Source of the DNA: Candidatus Omnitrophota bacterium
Lineage (GTDB): Bacteria; Omnitrophota; Gorgyraeia; Duberdicusellales; 4484-171
Reading direction: 5' to 3'
DNA: 56,430 nt
Assembly: GCA_023134705.1 (NCBI GenBank)
Contig: JAGLUN010000011.1
Span: forward strand, 1-56,430
This document shows positions 1 to 9,792 of the stretch, in pieces; position 1 is the stretch's first letter; every line of letters starts with the position of its first letter. The notes under the pieces were generated by a model, which did no database searches, had not been told where the DNA came from, and saw only the letters and a program-made list of their open reading frames with translations. The position numbers were made by a program, and so were the translations under genes.

Positions 1-3000
1 ATAAGCCTTTTTATTTGCTTTTTAGAAACTAACCCGAAATTTGTGGTTATAGCTACCTGCAATTGTTTTTTCCGGGCAAATTCTATAACCTCCATTAAAT
101 TTTTATGCATAAAGGGCTCTCCACCGCCGGTGAACCGGATTTTTTTTGTGCCTAATGAAGCTAAATTTTCTATTAATTCAAAAAGCGCATGTTTTGGCAA
201 TTCTTTTTTTAACCAATCAGAAGAAGGTTTATCTTTATCAAGCAATGGTGAATAAAGCCAGCATGAGATACATCTTAAATTGCACTTATTGGTAGGATCG
301 ATTACTACTTGTTCCGGGCCTGTAAATACTTTCCTGCCATGGATAATTCCCGCGATAACAGGATCTTTGTGGTATTTTGAATGACTCTTCTTTTTTTGAG
401 ACGTTATCTTACGTGCGATTTTTAACGTATAAGCTAAGCTTTTAAACATAACCTTTTCCGGAAAACTCAACATTTGCAGCCTGTTATGCATCCATGTATT
501 TCTACCTATATCATCGCAGCTTTTATAGCAGCCCGCTTCTTTTGTGCCGGAATCATTGCCTATAAGTTTAAAAAACGGATCATTTTTCTCATAAGTCAAT
601 GTTTTCTTCCGAAAATATTCTTGTTTCTTTGAATTCCATATTTCAAAAAATCTATTTGTATATAAAGACCCTGTAGGGATTCGATGCGCTTTAAGGCAAG
701 AATGAACTTCTCCACTAGGAACTATTCTTGCAAAAAGCCATCCGATATAACAAGGTATACTATCAATAATATTCCTGTCATACTTTGCCTCTTTAGCATC
801 TTCAAATACAGAAATTCTTCTTAAAAATTGCTCGAACCGGAAAATTAAAACATTTGTACCTCTTAGTTCACCTCGCTTATTCAATTTAGATTTGATCTCC
901 GCGCACGACCGCCCCAACTCAACAAGCTGCTGTTCATTTAGCGCCAAAACGTCTGTAACATTAGGAATAGTATCCACTAGAGTAAACTCTAAAGATTCTG
1001 ATCCAGTGCTCTTTGCGAAATCAACCATTTTCTCAACCTCAAAGTAATTCATATTAAAAATAACATTATAAAGTTTAATCTGAGGTTTATCTTTTTTATG
1101 CGTATTCACATAAATAAGATTTTCTTTTATCTTATAAAAATCATCTTTAACCCGATTCAGGTGAGTTTTGACATAAGTATCTGCCGTTGCCGCCCAAGTA
1201 CTTACGGTAAGGAAATCTACTCCTATGTTGATAAGCCGATCCAGCCTTTCTTTATTAAGTAAAGTGAAATTAGTATTGACATGACAAACCAGCTTTTTCT
1301 TTTTAGTGTATTCTAAGACTTCCATAATTTGAGGATGCATAAAAGGCTCACCTCCGCCCGAATAATATATTTCTGTCGCACCCATATGAGATATTTCATC
1401 AAGAAACTCTTTAACCATTGCTAATGGCAAATATTGTTTTTTTTCTTCTTTAGATAACCGCGGTGTTTTAAAAAGAGGGGAATTGCACCAGCAAGCGATA
1501 CAGGTATTATTACAATTATTAGTTAGGTCTATTTGAACATGGAATGGGCCTTTATACCCATGTTCTCCGTCATATATGCCTAAAATTTCTAAATATCTTT
1601 CTTTCAAATTTCTGGGAGTTACATTATATATAATTCGTTTGATTGTTCTTTTTACCCCCTCTCTTGAAACATGATCCATAATTGCCCTAAAATACGATTT
1701 TTTCTCTTTGCCCTGTATCATTTGCGCGCTCACTTGTCTTTCACTTTTACAAACATCTTTTTTCGTAAATTCTTTTATTCTCTTTTCAATCTCTAAATTC
1801 ATGCCCCAGTTGTCGCAACTTTTAACGCAATTTAACTTAGAAAAATAGCTATTGCTCTTAGGCAAATTTTTAGCTTTAAATCTAAACTCTTCATACAAAG
1901 AAGAATGCCATATCTTAGAAAAACCAGCTTTATAAAGGCTGCCTAAAGGAAACTTCGCTGCCTTACAGCAAGGGATAACTCTTCCATTTGTCAAAATACG
2001 AGCATAATACCATCCTATATAACACGGAATAGTATTGATTTGTTTTTCATATACGCCTTTTTCTAAATCAGAATAAAGCAGTCTTCTCAAGAAAGAGCCT
2101 ATTCCCAATATATTTAAGAGCTTTACGTCAATTGCCATCGTATCGTCTAAACAATTATCTTTCTCTTTACATCCTTTGCAAATTTTATTCTTAAACTTGT
2201 ACCAAAAAACAGCGGGATGAGTGTCTCTTACGGAAGTTGACTCTGAGACGATAATCCTCTTATCTGTTATATTATGCCCTTCTTTACAGATCAAATAATC
2301 ACTATATTGAGCAACGCGAAACCCATCTTTATAACTTTTCCAAATCTTTCCAAAATCAAGGAATTCTTCCTTTATAAAACTATCCAAAGGCGCTTCTTTA
2401 GGCGCATTAAAAAACACTAAATCTTTTCTATTTCTTACAATCTCTAATTGTCTTATTATTTCTTTCCTGTGCGTATCGATTATAGCTATTGCTTCTGTTT
2501 TACCAGGGATTAGGTCAACGGTTTGGAACTCTACAGAATCAGCATCCACATATTTCGCGAATTCAACCATTTCTTTAATATCATTATAATTTTTACTGCA
2601 AATTACATTGTATAACTTTAAATGTGGTTTTAAGTAATTATATTTATCCTTATAAGATTTTAGTATCTTCAAATTGGTTTTAATCTTCTTAAAATCTATC
2701 TCTGTCTTACCGGGGTGAGTCAAAATATAGCTTTCCACATTTCCCGCCCAGATACTAGCAGTAATTAAATCAACTTTGTCCTTCACGAGCAACGCTGCCA
2801 TTTCCTCATCAATAAGCGCAGCATTAGTAATTATGTTAAGACGTATATTTCTTGATTTTATAAATTTTATCACCTCTTTTATTTTTGGATATAAAAATGG
2901 CTCTCCTGAACCAGAAAGAATTATTTCCTGAGTACCTAATCTATATAACTCTTCTATTAATCTTTCAACCAAATTAAACGGGAGTTCTCTTTCACCCTCT

Positions 3001-3170
3001 GGAAAAACTTCTTTTTTATCGACTAAAGGAGAATGGACCCAACACCCTATGCAGGTGCTGTTGCATTTATCGGTTAAATCTATCTGGACAACATAAGGCC
3101 CACTAAAAGCTCTCCTGCTATTTTCTATTCCTTTAAAAATCTCCTGCCAAATGTCCAAATTCCTCCTCAT
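1..3170 (-). CDS. Radical SAM protein with three tandem radical-SAM modules (N-terminus at 3170; partial, runs off the window edge)
   Basis: Missing from the ORF track because it has no in-window stop. The ATG at 3168-3170 overlaps the upstream TGA (ATGA). My translation stays in the same frame at 1559 and 359, and no complete minus ORF is listed anywhere in 256-3166. There are three CxxxCxxC motifs: DLTDKCNSTCIGCW (~3039-3080), DLTNNCNNTCIACW (~1487-1530) and DPTNKCNLRCISCW (~258-299). Each is followed by a G(S/G)GEPF SAM-binding motif. Modules 1-2 end in Cys-rich PCYIGW...C / C..SCD tails. Confidence 0.8.
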   Translation of the reverse strand, partial: MRRNLDIWQEIFKGIENSRRAFSGPYVVQIDLTDKCNSTCIGCWVHSPLVDKKEVFPEGERELPFNLVERLIEELYRLGTQEIILSGSGEPFLYPKIKEVIKFIKSRNIRLNIITNAALIDEEMAALLVKDKVDLITASIWAGNVESYILTHPGKTEIDFKKIKTNLKILKSYKDKYNYLKPHLKLYNVICSKNYNDIKEMVEFAKYVDADSVEFQTVDLIPGKTEAIAIIDTHRKEIIRQLEIVRNRKDLVFFNAPKEAPLDSFIKEEFLDFGKIWKSYKDGFRVAQYSDYLICKEGHNITDKRIIVSESTSVRDTHPAVFWYKFKNKICKGCKEKDNCLDDTMAIDVKLLNILGIGSFLRRLLYSDLEKGVYEKQINTIPCYIGWYYARILTNGRVIPCCKAAKFPLGSLYKAGFSKIWHSSLYEEFRFKAKNLPKSNSYFSKLNCVKSCDNWGMNLEIEKRIKEFTKKDVCKSERQVSAQMIQGKEKKSYFRAIMDHVSREGVKRTIKRIIYNVTPRNLKERYLEILGIYDGEHGYKGPFHVQIDLTNNCNNTCIACWCNSPLFKTPRLSKEEKKQYLPLAMVKEFLDEISHMGATEIYYSGGGEPFMHPQIMEVLEYTKKKKLVCHVNTNFTLLNKERLDRLINIGVDFLTVSTWAATADTYVKTHLNRVKDDFYKIKENLIYVNTHKKDKPQIKLYNVIFNMNYFEVEKMVDFAKSTGSESLEFTLVDTIPNVTDVLALNEQQLVELGRSCAEIKSKLNKRGELRGTNVLIFRFEQFLRRISVFEDAKEAKYDRNIIDSIPCYIGWLFARIVPSGEVHSCLKAHRIPTGSLYTNRFFEIWNSKKQEYFRKKTLTYEKNDPFFKLIGNDSGTKEAGCYKSCDDIGRNTWMHNRLQMLSFPEKVMFKSLAYTLKIARKITSQKKKSHSKYHKDPVIAGIIHGRKVFTGPEQVVIDPTNKCNLRCISCWLYSPLLDKDKPSSDWLKKELPKHALFELIENLASLGTKKIRFTGGGEPFMHKNLMEVIEFARKKQLQVAITTNFGLVSKKQIKRL

Positions 3171-5539
3171 ATTCTTCTTATAAATTTTTTTCTATGCGAT
3201 AGAATATAGTTCAAATAACTATTTGTTTTCCTAACTGCTCCGCTCAAACCATATCTGTGGTAGTAATCAAAAAATCTCCTCACATTTCCCCAAAAACCTC
3301 TTTTCTTTCTTTGGAAATCTAACCATGCTCTATAAGCATACTGTTTTGCGTTCTCTAAATCTGATGGAGAAAGATCACCCGGCTTAAAAACACAACTATG
3401 ATGGCCATCATATAATGACCAATTTTTAGTAGTTATCCTTCCTTCTTTATCCAATTTTTCAAAAATTTCTGTTCCCGGGAAAGGAGTAAGAATTGAGTAT
3501 TGGACAGAATCGGGAGCTAATTTTAAACTGTAATCTATGGTTCTCCTAATTGTTTCTTTTGTTTCCCCTTCTAAACCAAAGAGAAAAGTTAAATGGACTT
3601 TTATCCCTAAAGATTTTGTGAATTTAATCATTCTCTCTGCCTTTGTTAAATTTAAATGCTTGCCGCATCTATCTAATAACTCTTGAGAGCTGCTCTCTAC
3701 TCCATACTTTACCGCCCAAAGGCCTGCTTTTTTTAAATTCTCCAAAATTTCCTCATCCATCAAATCTGCTTTTGCCATAATCGCCCAAGGGGTTTTATTT
3801 AAACCTCTTTTGATAATCATATCGCAAAGCTTCAATGTGTTCTCTTTGCGAATATTAAAAGTATCATCATCGAAATATAATGACTTAACCCTTTTTTTTC
3901 TTATCAAATATTCCATTTCATCTACCACATCAACAATATCTCTTGTTCTATAATTTCTACCTCCAAAAAGGACTTGCGGCCATAAACAAAAATTGCAACC
4001 AAATGGACACCCACGCGAAGCAAGCATCTGAGCTGAAGGATGAGGGATATTGCCGGGTAAATCCCAATATTTCTCCATCGGAAGAGTGTCTCTGCAGGGC
4101 CAGGGTAAAATATTTATATCAAAAGGTCTTCGAGGACGGTTTTTAACTACCTTATCCTTCCCATTTTTCCACATCAGACCTTCCACAAAAGAAAAATCCC
4201 TCCTTTTTTTAATAATAGTCTTTATCAACTCTAGAAGGGTAACTTCGTATTCTCCATACAAAACAAAATTAATAAAACTATATTTCTCCAAAAATTCCGG
4301 TTTATAAATCTCTGGATGGGGACCGCATAGAACTATAGAAATGCCTAAAGAGGAAATCTTTCTTAGCAGCTCTATATCATAATAAAAAGATGGCACCGAA
4401 GTTTCAGTGACTAAAACATCAAAATCCATCCCTGATAATTTCTCTATAAATTTATCCTCAGGAATCTCTTGGGCAATGGCATCTATTAAATCAGCCTCAA
4501 CACCATTCTTTCTTAGAAGAGAAGTGCTATAAGCGAGGAAAAAAGGAAAAGGCAAATAATTGACCTCACTCGCATCTTTTATATGCGGCCACCTTGAGCC
4601 TGCCCTTACGCCCCCCTTTTCCCCTTTCTGCCAAGGAAGGTTAACTAATAATACTTTTATTTTTTTATCTAATTTTTTGTTTTTTTCCTTTCCTTCTATT
4701 TCTGTTTTTAAATAATCTTGGCGTAAACTTTCTATCTTATTATCTAAAATGCTGCTTTCTTCAAATAACCTTATTTCTCCTGAAAAAAGATAATAAAACC
4801 CGGGAGGGTAACCCTTTTTTTCTTCCGTATCTATATACCTAAACCCGATGATATAAGCATTGATATCCAAGGAAGGGGTCTGAATGAGAGGTAAGAATTT
4901 TTTCTTGTCATCAAAAGATTCTAATGCAAAGGAAGGTAAAGGCTCATCTCCCGTAAAGAATCTCGCTCCCACCAAAGATGTAAAAGAATCATTAAAACAT
5001 GAATTATGCCAACGGTTTTCTAAACGAAAAAAATCTCCCTGTTGATAATTATTAACCCAACTCTTATATCGGGGATTAATAAGGCTTAACAAACGGAATT
5101 CATCAATATGCAGCCATTCCTCTACCTCCATATTTACTTGCCAGTGTATTTTGTGCTCACTCTTCATGCTTATATACCAAGTTTGACTCAAAGGCAAATC
5201 TCTAAAAACTATCTTGATCTTAAAACAATTTTTTCCTTCCTTTAAGATCCGCCAATCTGCCTTTGAAGAATCCGTCCATAGCCCCAGAGTATTAATGGCA
5301 ATATTTAAGCCTCCTTCCTGAGTAACTTTGCAGCCATTCCAAAGAATATTTATTCCACAATCAGAATAGACTATATCTAATTTTCCTTTGGTAATCGTAT
5401 TCTTTGGCGGGTATTTAAATCTATTCCCTTGTTTTCTTACCAAAAAAATAAAATATTTTATTCCTCTAACGATAGCGTAAGATAAACCGCCGCTTTTTAA
5501 ATGCCTTTGCAATTTTTGATAATTACTCTTTAGATTCAA
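3167..5539 (-). CDS. B12-binding (class B) radical SAM enzyme with a ~270-aa N-terminal domain of unknown function
   Basis: 790-aa ORF. KVLLVNLPW...FFLAYSTSLLRKNG looks like a B12-binding region and is followed by ASRGCPFGCNFCLWP (CxxxCxxC). N-terminal aa ~50-270 resembles the repeats of the adjacent ABC ATPase (LSQTWYI, WQV, RYKSW, GDFF landmarks). It overlaps both neighbouring genes. Confidence 0.85.
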   Translation of the reverse strand: MNLKSNYQKLQRHLKSGGLSYAIVRGIKYFIFLVRKQGNRFKYPPKNTITKGKLDIVYSDCGINILWNGCKVTQEGGLNIAINTLGLWTDSSKADWRILKEGKNCFKIKIVFRDLPLSQTWYISMKSEHKIHWQVNMEVEEWLHIDEFRLLSLINPRYKSWVNNYQQGDFFRLENRWHNSCFNDSFTSLVGARFFTGDEPLPSFALESFDDKKKFLPLIQTPSLDINAYIIGFRYIDTEEKKGYPPGFYYLFSGEIRLFEESSILDNKIESLRQDYLKTEIEGKEKNKKLDKKIKVLLVNLPWQKGEKGGVRAGSRWPHIKDASEVNYLPFPFFLAYSTSLLRKNGVEADLIDAIAQEIPEDKFIEKLSGMDFDVLVTETSVPSFYYDIELLRKISSLGISIVLCGPHPEIYKPEFLEKYSFINFVLYGEYEVTLLELIKTIIKKRRDFSFVEGLMWKNGKDKVVKNRPRRPFDINILPWPCRDTLPMEKYWDLPGNIPHPSAQMLASRGCPFGCNFCLWPQVLFGGRNYRTRDIVDVVDEMEYLIRKKRVKSLYFDDDTFNIRKENTLKLCDMIIKRGLNKTPWAIMAKADLMDEEILENLKKAGLWAVKYGVESSSQELLDRCGKHLNLTKAERMIKFTKSLGIKVHLTFLFGLEGETKETIRRTIDYSLKLAPDSVQYSILTPFPGTEIFEKLDKEGRITTKNWSLYDGHHSCVFKPGDLSPSDLENAKQYAYRAWLDFQRKKRGFWGNVRRFFDYYHRYGLSGAVRKTNSYLNYILSHRKKFIRRI

Positions 5540-8500
5540 TCTCTATTACCCCTTCAAAATACGGATACCTTCCTGGCAGCAGTTTGTAAATATTCGCCTT
5601 TTGATATTGAAGCAACCTTGCACTATAAAGGCTATCGGTATTTTCCACAATCGCCTTTAAATTGCTATTCTTTGTACAACTTTTAAAAACAATCCTTGGC
5701 AAAGTCTCTGCTTCTCCTGCGATTTCCTTTGCCTTGCCATACCAGAATCTAAATGGAAGGATATCGTAATCTTGAGTATATTCATCAAGAAACCGCCCTT
5801 GATTTACTTCAGGAATTACCCAAAATCTATATTCAGAGGAAAGCATAAGATTTGCCTGTTCTATTTCTAAAACAACCTCTTCGTAAATTTCCAAATCAGC
5901 CTTCCAAAAGATTAAATTTTTATCAACCACCTCTATTTGCCAAGTTTGCGAAATGGGGATATGCGGCCAGTATCCTGAGATTACCATTTTGCTGTCATCT
6001 TTCCGGCTTAACTGCCAACTTGCTTGATAAGAATCATACCAGATCCCTAGATGACGCACTGAAGTATACATACATAATCCTGTAGTTAATTCTTTTTCGC
6101 GCCAAAATATTTTCCCCCTGCCTTTATCAAAAATAAATTTTAGGCTCCCTCTACTTAATCCAACGATACCTTCTAAGGCAGGATCTTTCTCTAATTTAAT
6201 ATCTCCATCCAAAATAATTTCTCCTTCAAAATAAACGTGTTTACCGGGATTAACTAACATCTCCTTCTTAGGGATTATTAAGGAAGAAGCGAGGCAGAGA
6301 TATTCCTCACTCTTTTCTTTGCCTTTATAAATACTAAAAATCCTCTTCCCTAAATGGGAAAGGGCAGAAAAGAATAATTCGGGAATATCTCTTTTACCTT
6401 CCGGGACTAATACTATCTTAGAAATTTTGTTGTCTCTCAATCTTATTGGACATATATTGTTAATATACCGGCTAACAAGAAACTCCCCCTGCTCGGAGGT
6501 TGTTTTCCAACTTCTGTATTTGTCTTTGAGTTCTAAACGCACATCCTGGCTGGAGATAGACATGGGATTGTTAATTTCCATCTCGATTTTAACCATTAGA
6601 GTATTTTCTTCGTTGAAAATAAATTCCCAAATCTGCGAAAGTGGTGAGGATCCATAATGTGAAACCAAAACCAGTTTATCTTGAGAAATCTTCTTTACCT
6701 GCCAATGAGCATCGCGTAAATGAAACCAATTATCCGAAACGTAAAACAAACTATACAAACCATTCTTTTCAGTAATTTCTTTGTCTTTATAATAAAACCT
6801 TATAGTTTTATTCTCAATATCAGCAAAGAGAGAAAAATTATCCGAACTAATTGTACGCGAATCACGTAAATATTTAAGCCTATCCTGCTCTTTTAAAAAT
6901 CTTTTTTCTTTTTCCTTCTCAAGATAGGTAAAGACAAAATTTTCTTCTTCAAAAAGCCTAAGCTTAGTAAAGAAAGAAAATTCTTTTTGGATAACATTTT
7001 GTTTATGAAGACTTAGCTGTAAAGCATAACAGGAACTTTGGATATCACTATTCTGAACCATACAATAGTATCCCTGCTTATTCTCTAATGCAACGGCGGG
7101 TAAATTATTTTTCTTCCTTACACCAAAAAGTTCTGCCTTTGGATCGTCCAAAGGTATATCCTGCCAAAGACGGAATTCCTTAGGAAAATCTGATTCCTGA
7201 TGTCCGCAGAAAAAGCTTTTGTATTCGGGGACAAGGAAAAAACCAAATTTAAGAACACTATACTCAAAAGGTTGATGAGATTCCGCGTCAACCTGCCAAA
7301 TAAGACAATCTTCTTCAATAGAAAGGTTCCAAGTTTGGGTAAATTTTAGTTCTTCCCAATAGAGGTGTAAAGTAAGAGTTTGGCTTTCTTTTTTTATCCG
7401 CCAATCACAGAAAGAAAGATCATACCATATGTTGTTAAGCAAGAACGAACTATGCAAACCGCTTCCTTTTGTAATTTCTCTATCTTTATAATAAAGCCTT
7501 ATGGCTTTGTTTTCTACATCAGCAAAGAGACGAAAGGTATCTGAACTAACCGTACATGAATCACGTAAGCGCCTGAGTTCTTCTTGTTGCTTAAGGAAAA
7601 ACTGTTTTCTTGCGTGGTCAATATAGTTTCTAAACATAACTATATCAGAAAAAAAATCAATTTTTAAAGAAATAGTATTATTGATTAAGGGCAGCTGAAT
7701 AATCCGCGCTTCCTGCTCATACCCAGTATTAAATAGTCTAAATTGACTGTCCTTTTCTTCAATCTCTAAAATTAAAAAAGGTAAATTATCTTCTTCCGAT
7801 TTTTTGCCTATACCTATCATATTATCGCGGCGGTCTCCAAAACTCACCTCCTGCCAATTAGATTTGTAAACAAAAAATCCAAAATCTCCGTCTTTTTGCA
7901 GGCTTATCCACTTTTCATATTCAGGCACTAAAAACAAATCTATGTGCGGTTCTTTTATTAAGCCGCCTCTTGCTTTTATATTCCAATATAACCTATTTTC
8001 CTGAATCTGAATCCTCCAAATCAATGAAATAGTCCCATCTTCATTTACCCCCTCAGCAACGACTTCATTAGCAACCAGGGTTCTTATTCGCCAATCTAAA
8101 TTAAACGAAGAAGACCAAAGACTAAACGCAGAGAGTAAAAAGGCCAAATATCCGCTCATCCCTTTAGTTAAAGCAATATCTTCGTAACTAAGGATCATTA
8201 GACCATTGTTAAAAACTACTCTCAATTTAGCTTTTGTTAATATAGCGATTCCCTTCTTATTCCCTACCGTCTCTAAATATCGGGGGATTACTTTTTGAGG
8301 AAGACCTTCCTGAACAATTTTTCCTTTCTCCAAAAGAATTGCCCGATTGCACAACTTACTTATCATATTCATATCATGACTAACCAAAACGATTGTCTTG
8401 CCCGCTTTTTTTAATCCAAATATCTTTCTCGTACACTTTTGCTGCGCTTCTTCATCACCGACTGCCAAAATATCATCAATCAAAAGAATATCCGGTTCTA

Positions 8501-8954
8501 CGAATATAGCTAAAGCAAACGCTAGACGCATATACATCCCTTGCGAATAATACTTTATGGGAGCATAGATGAATTCACCCAAACCTGTAAACTCTATGAT
8601 TTCCCCTGTCCGCCGGTTTAATTCCTCTTCCCTAAAACCGTATGTCTGCGCATTAAAAATTATATTTTCTATACCTGTAAACTCAGGATTAAAACCAGCG
8701 CCTAATTCCATAAGCACAGATATTTTGCCGTTAGCAACAACTTTGCCCTTATCAGGAACAAGCATGCCGGCAATCAATTTAAGAAGTGTGGTTTTGCCTG
8801 CCCCATTTTGGCCAATTATTCCTAAAACTTCGCCTTTCTTGACTTCGAAGCTTGTATCTTCCAAAGCCCAAAATTCTTCCCAAGAAACCTCTCCTTCCTT
8901 GATATATTTTACTCTATATCTTTCCCAAACATTTTTAAACTCTATCGTATTCAT
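5523..8954 (-). CDS. Wzt/TagH-like polysaccharide-export ABC ATPase with a ~900-aa C-terminal extension of four ~220-aa repeats
   Basis: The N-terminal ~235 aa carry GIIGQNGAGKTTLLKLIAG (Walker A) and ILLIDDILAVGDE (Walker B). It overlaps the permease gene by 1 nt. Repeats lie at ~7569-8249, 6870-7568, 6180-6869 and 5526-6179. They share RLFAD.ENK.IR.YYKD.EIT, W..W.I/V, L.Q.W, EY..W and G.F landmarks. Confidence 0.85.
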   Translation of the reverse strand: MNTIEFKNVWERYRVKYIKEGEVSWEEFWALEDTSFEVKKGEVLGIIGQNGAGKTTLLKLIAGMLVPDKGKVVANGKISVLMELGAGFNPEFTGIENIIFNAQTYGFREEELNRRTGEIIEFTGLGEFIYAPIKYYSQGMYMRLAFALAIFVEPDILLIDDILAVGDEEAQQKCTRKIFGLKKAGKTIVLVSHDMNMISKLCNRAILLEKGKIVQEGLPQKVIPRYLETVGNKKGIAILTKAKLRVVFNNGLMILSYEDIALTKGMSGYLAFLLSAFSLWSSSFNLDWRIRTLVANEVVAEGVNEDGTISLIWRIQIQENRLYWNIKARGGLIKEPHIDLFLVPEYEKWISLQKDGDFGFFVYKSNWQEVSFGDRRDNMIGIGKKSEEDNLPFLILEIEEKDSQFRLFNTGYEQEARIIQLPLINNTISLKIDFFSDIVMFRNYIDHARKQFFLKQQEELRRLRDSCTVSSDTFRLFADVENKAIRLYYKDREITKGSGLHSSFLLNNIWYDLSFCDWRIKKESQTLTLHLYWEELKFTQTWNLSIEEDCLIWQVDAESHQPFEYSVLKFGFFLVPEYKSFFCGHQESDFPKEFRLWQDIPLDDPKAELFGVRKKNNLPAVALENKQGYYCMVQNSDIQSSCYALQLSLHKQNVIQKEFSFFTKLRLFEEENFVFTYLEKEKEKRFLKEQDRLKYLRDSRTISSDNFSLFADIENKTIRFYYKDKEITEKNGLYSLFYVSDNWFHLRDAHWQVKKISQDKLVLVSHYGSSPLSQIWEFIFNEENTLMVKIEMEINNPMSISSQDVRLELKDKYRSWKTTSEQGEFLVSRYINNICPIRLRDNKISKIVLVPEGKRDIPELFFSALSHLGKRIFSIYKGKEKSEEYLCLASSLIIPKKEMLVNPGKHVYFEGEIILDGDIKLEKDPALEGIVGLSRGSLKFIFDKGRGKIFWREKELTTGLCMYTSVRHLGIWYDSYQASWQLSRKDDSKMVISGYWPHIPISQTWQIEVVDKNLIFWKADLEIYEEVVLEIEQANLMLSSEYRFWVIPEVNQGRFLDEYTQDYDILPFRFWYGKAKEIAGEAETLPRIVFKSCTKNSNLKAIVENTDSLYSARLLQYQKANIYKLLPGRYPYFEGVIEIESKE

Positions 8955-9736
8955 TACAGCCTCTTTAACAATTTTTTTTCTTTACAAAGAAAAATATAAT
9001 ACCCTGCCGAAAAAGAAACAATAGAAATAATAATACTCGCTGAAAGGATAAGAAAATCAACTCTGCCATAATACAGCAGCTCTCTAAAATTTAACATAAA
9101 ATAAGTAAGGGGATTGATTAAACAAATAATGCTATAAGGATAAGGAACCATTTCTAAAGAGTAAAAGATCGGCGTAATCCAAAACCAAATCATCAAACCA
9201 AACGACAGAAAATAAGATATGTCTCTGTAGAAAACATTTATTGAAGAAAGAATAAGACTAAATCCGCATATAAAAAGGAAAAAGGATATTACCGATAAAA
9301 TTAATAAAGGAATAAAAAGTATTGCCCGGAAATTAAATAACAAAAATAATGGCAGGATTACCCCTAATCCAATAATAAAATTCAGGAAGTTCCCAAGGAC
9401 AGAAGATAAAGGGATAAATTCTCTCGGGAAAACGCCTTGTTTTAATATAGAAGTGTTGGCAAGAAAAGAATTGGTAGCTTCGGTTAATCCTTGCGAGAAA
9501 AAAAGCCAAGGCATAATAGCAGAAAGCACGAATAAAGTATAATTAGAAATGGCTATATTAAAAACTTTGGTAAATATCAAATTTATGCTTAACGCTAGAA
9601 GCAAAGGTAAAATTATTGCCCACCAAATACCTAATTTTGAGCCGGAATATTTCGCTTTTAGTTCTTTTTTAGATAAAGCCAAAAGGATATTCTTTTCCGA
9701 ATAAAATTTAAAAAATCTTTTTTTATAATCTACCAT
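8954..9736 (-). CDS. ABC-2 type (Wzm/TagG-like) polysaccharide exporter permease
   Basis: 260 aa, strongly hydrophobic with about six helices. The N-terminal LKAKYSGSKLGIWWAIILPLL is typical of ABC-2 permeases. It sits directly upstream of the Wzt-like ATPase. Confidence 0.8.
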   Translation of the reverse strand: MVDYKKRFFKFYSEKNILLALSKKELKAKYSGSKLGIWWAIILPLLLALSINLIFTKVFNIAISNYTLFVLSAIMPWLFFSQGLTEATNSFLANTSILKQGVFPREFIPLSSVLGNFLNFIIGLGVILPLFLLFNFRAILFIPLLILSVISFFLFICGFSLILSSINVFYRDISYFLSFGLMIWFWITPIFYSLEMVPYPYSIICLINPLTYFMLNFRELLYYGRVDFLILSASIIISIVSFSAGYYIFLCKEKKLLKRL

Positions 9737-9792
9737 ACAAGAAAATCATTTTCGACGATAACTTTTATGCGATCAGCCCTTTAGAAAAAATT

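Noticed and set aside
43-255. 70-aa plus-strand ORF at the window start
   Set aside because: It lies antisense within the third radical SAM module of the long minus-strand ORF (1-3170). It has a GTG start and no motif, so it is a shadow ORF.
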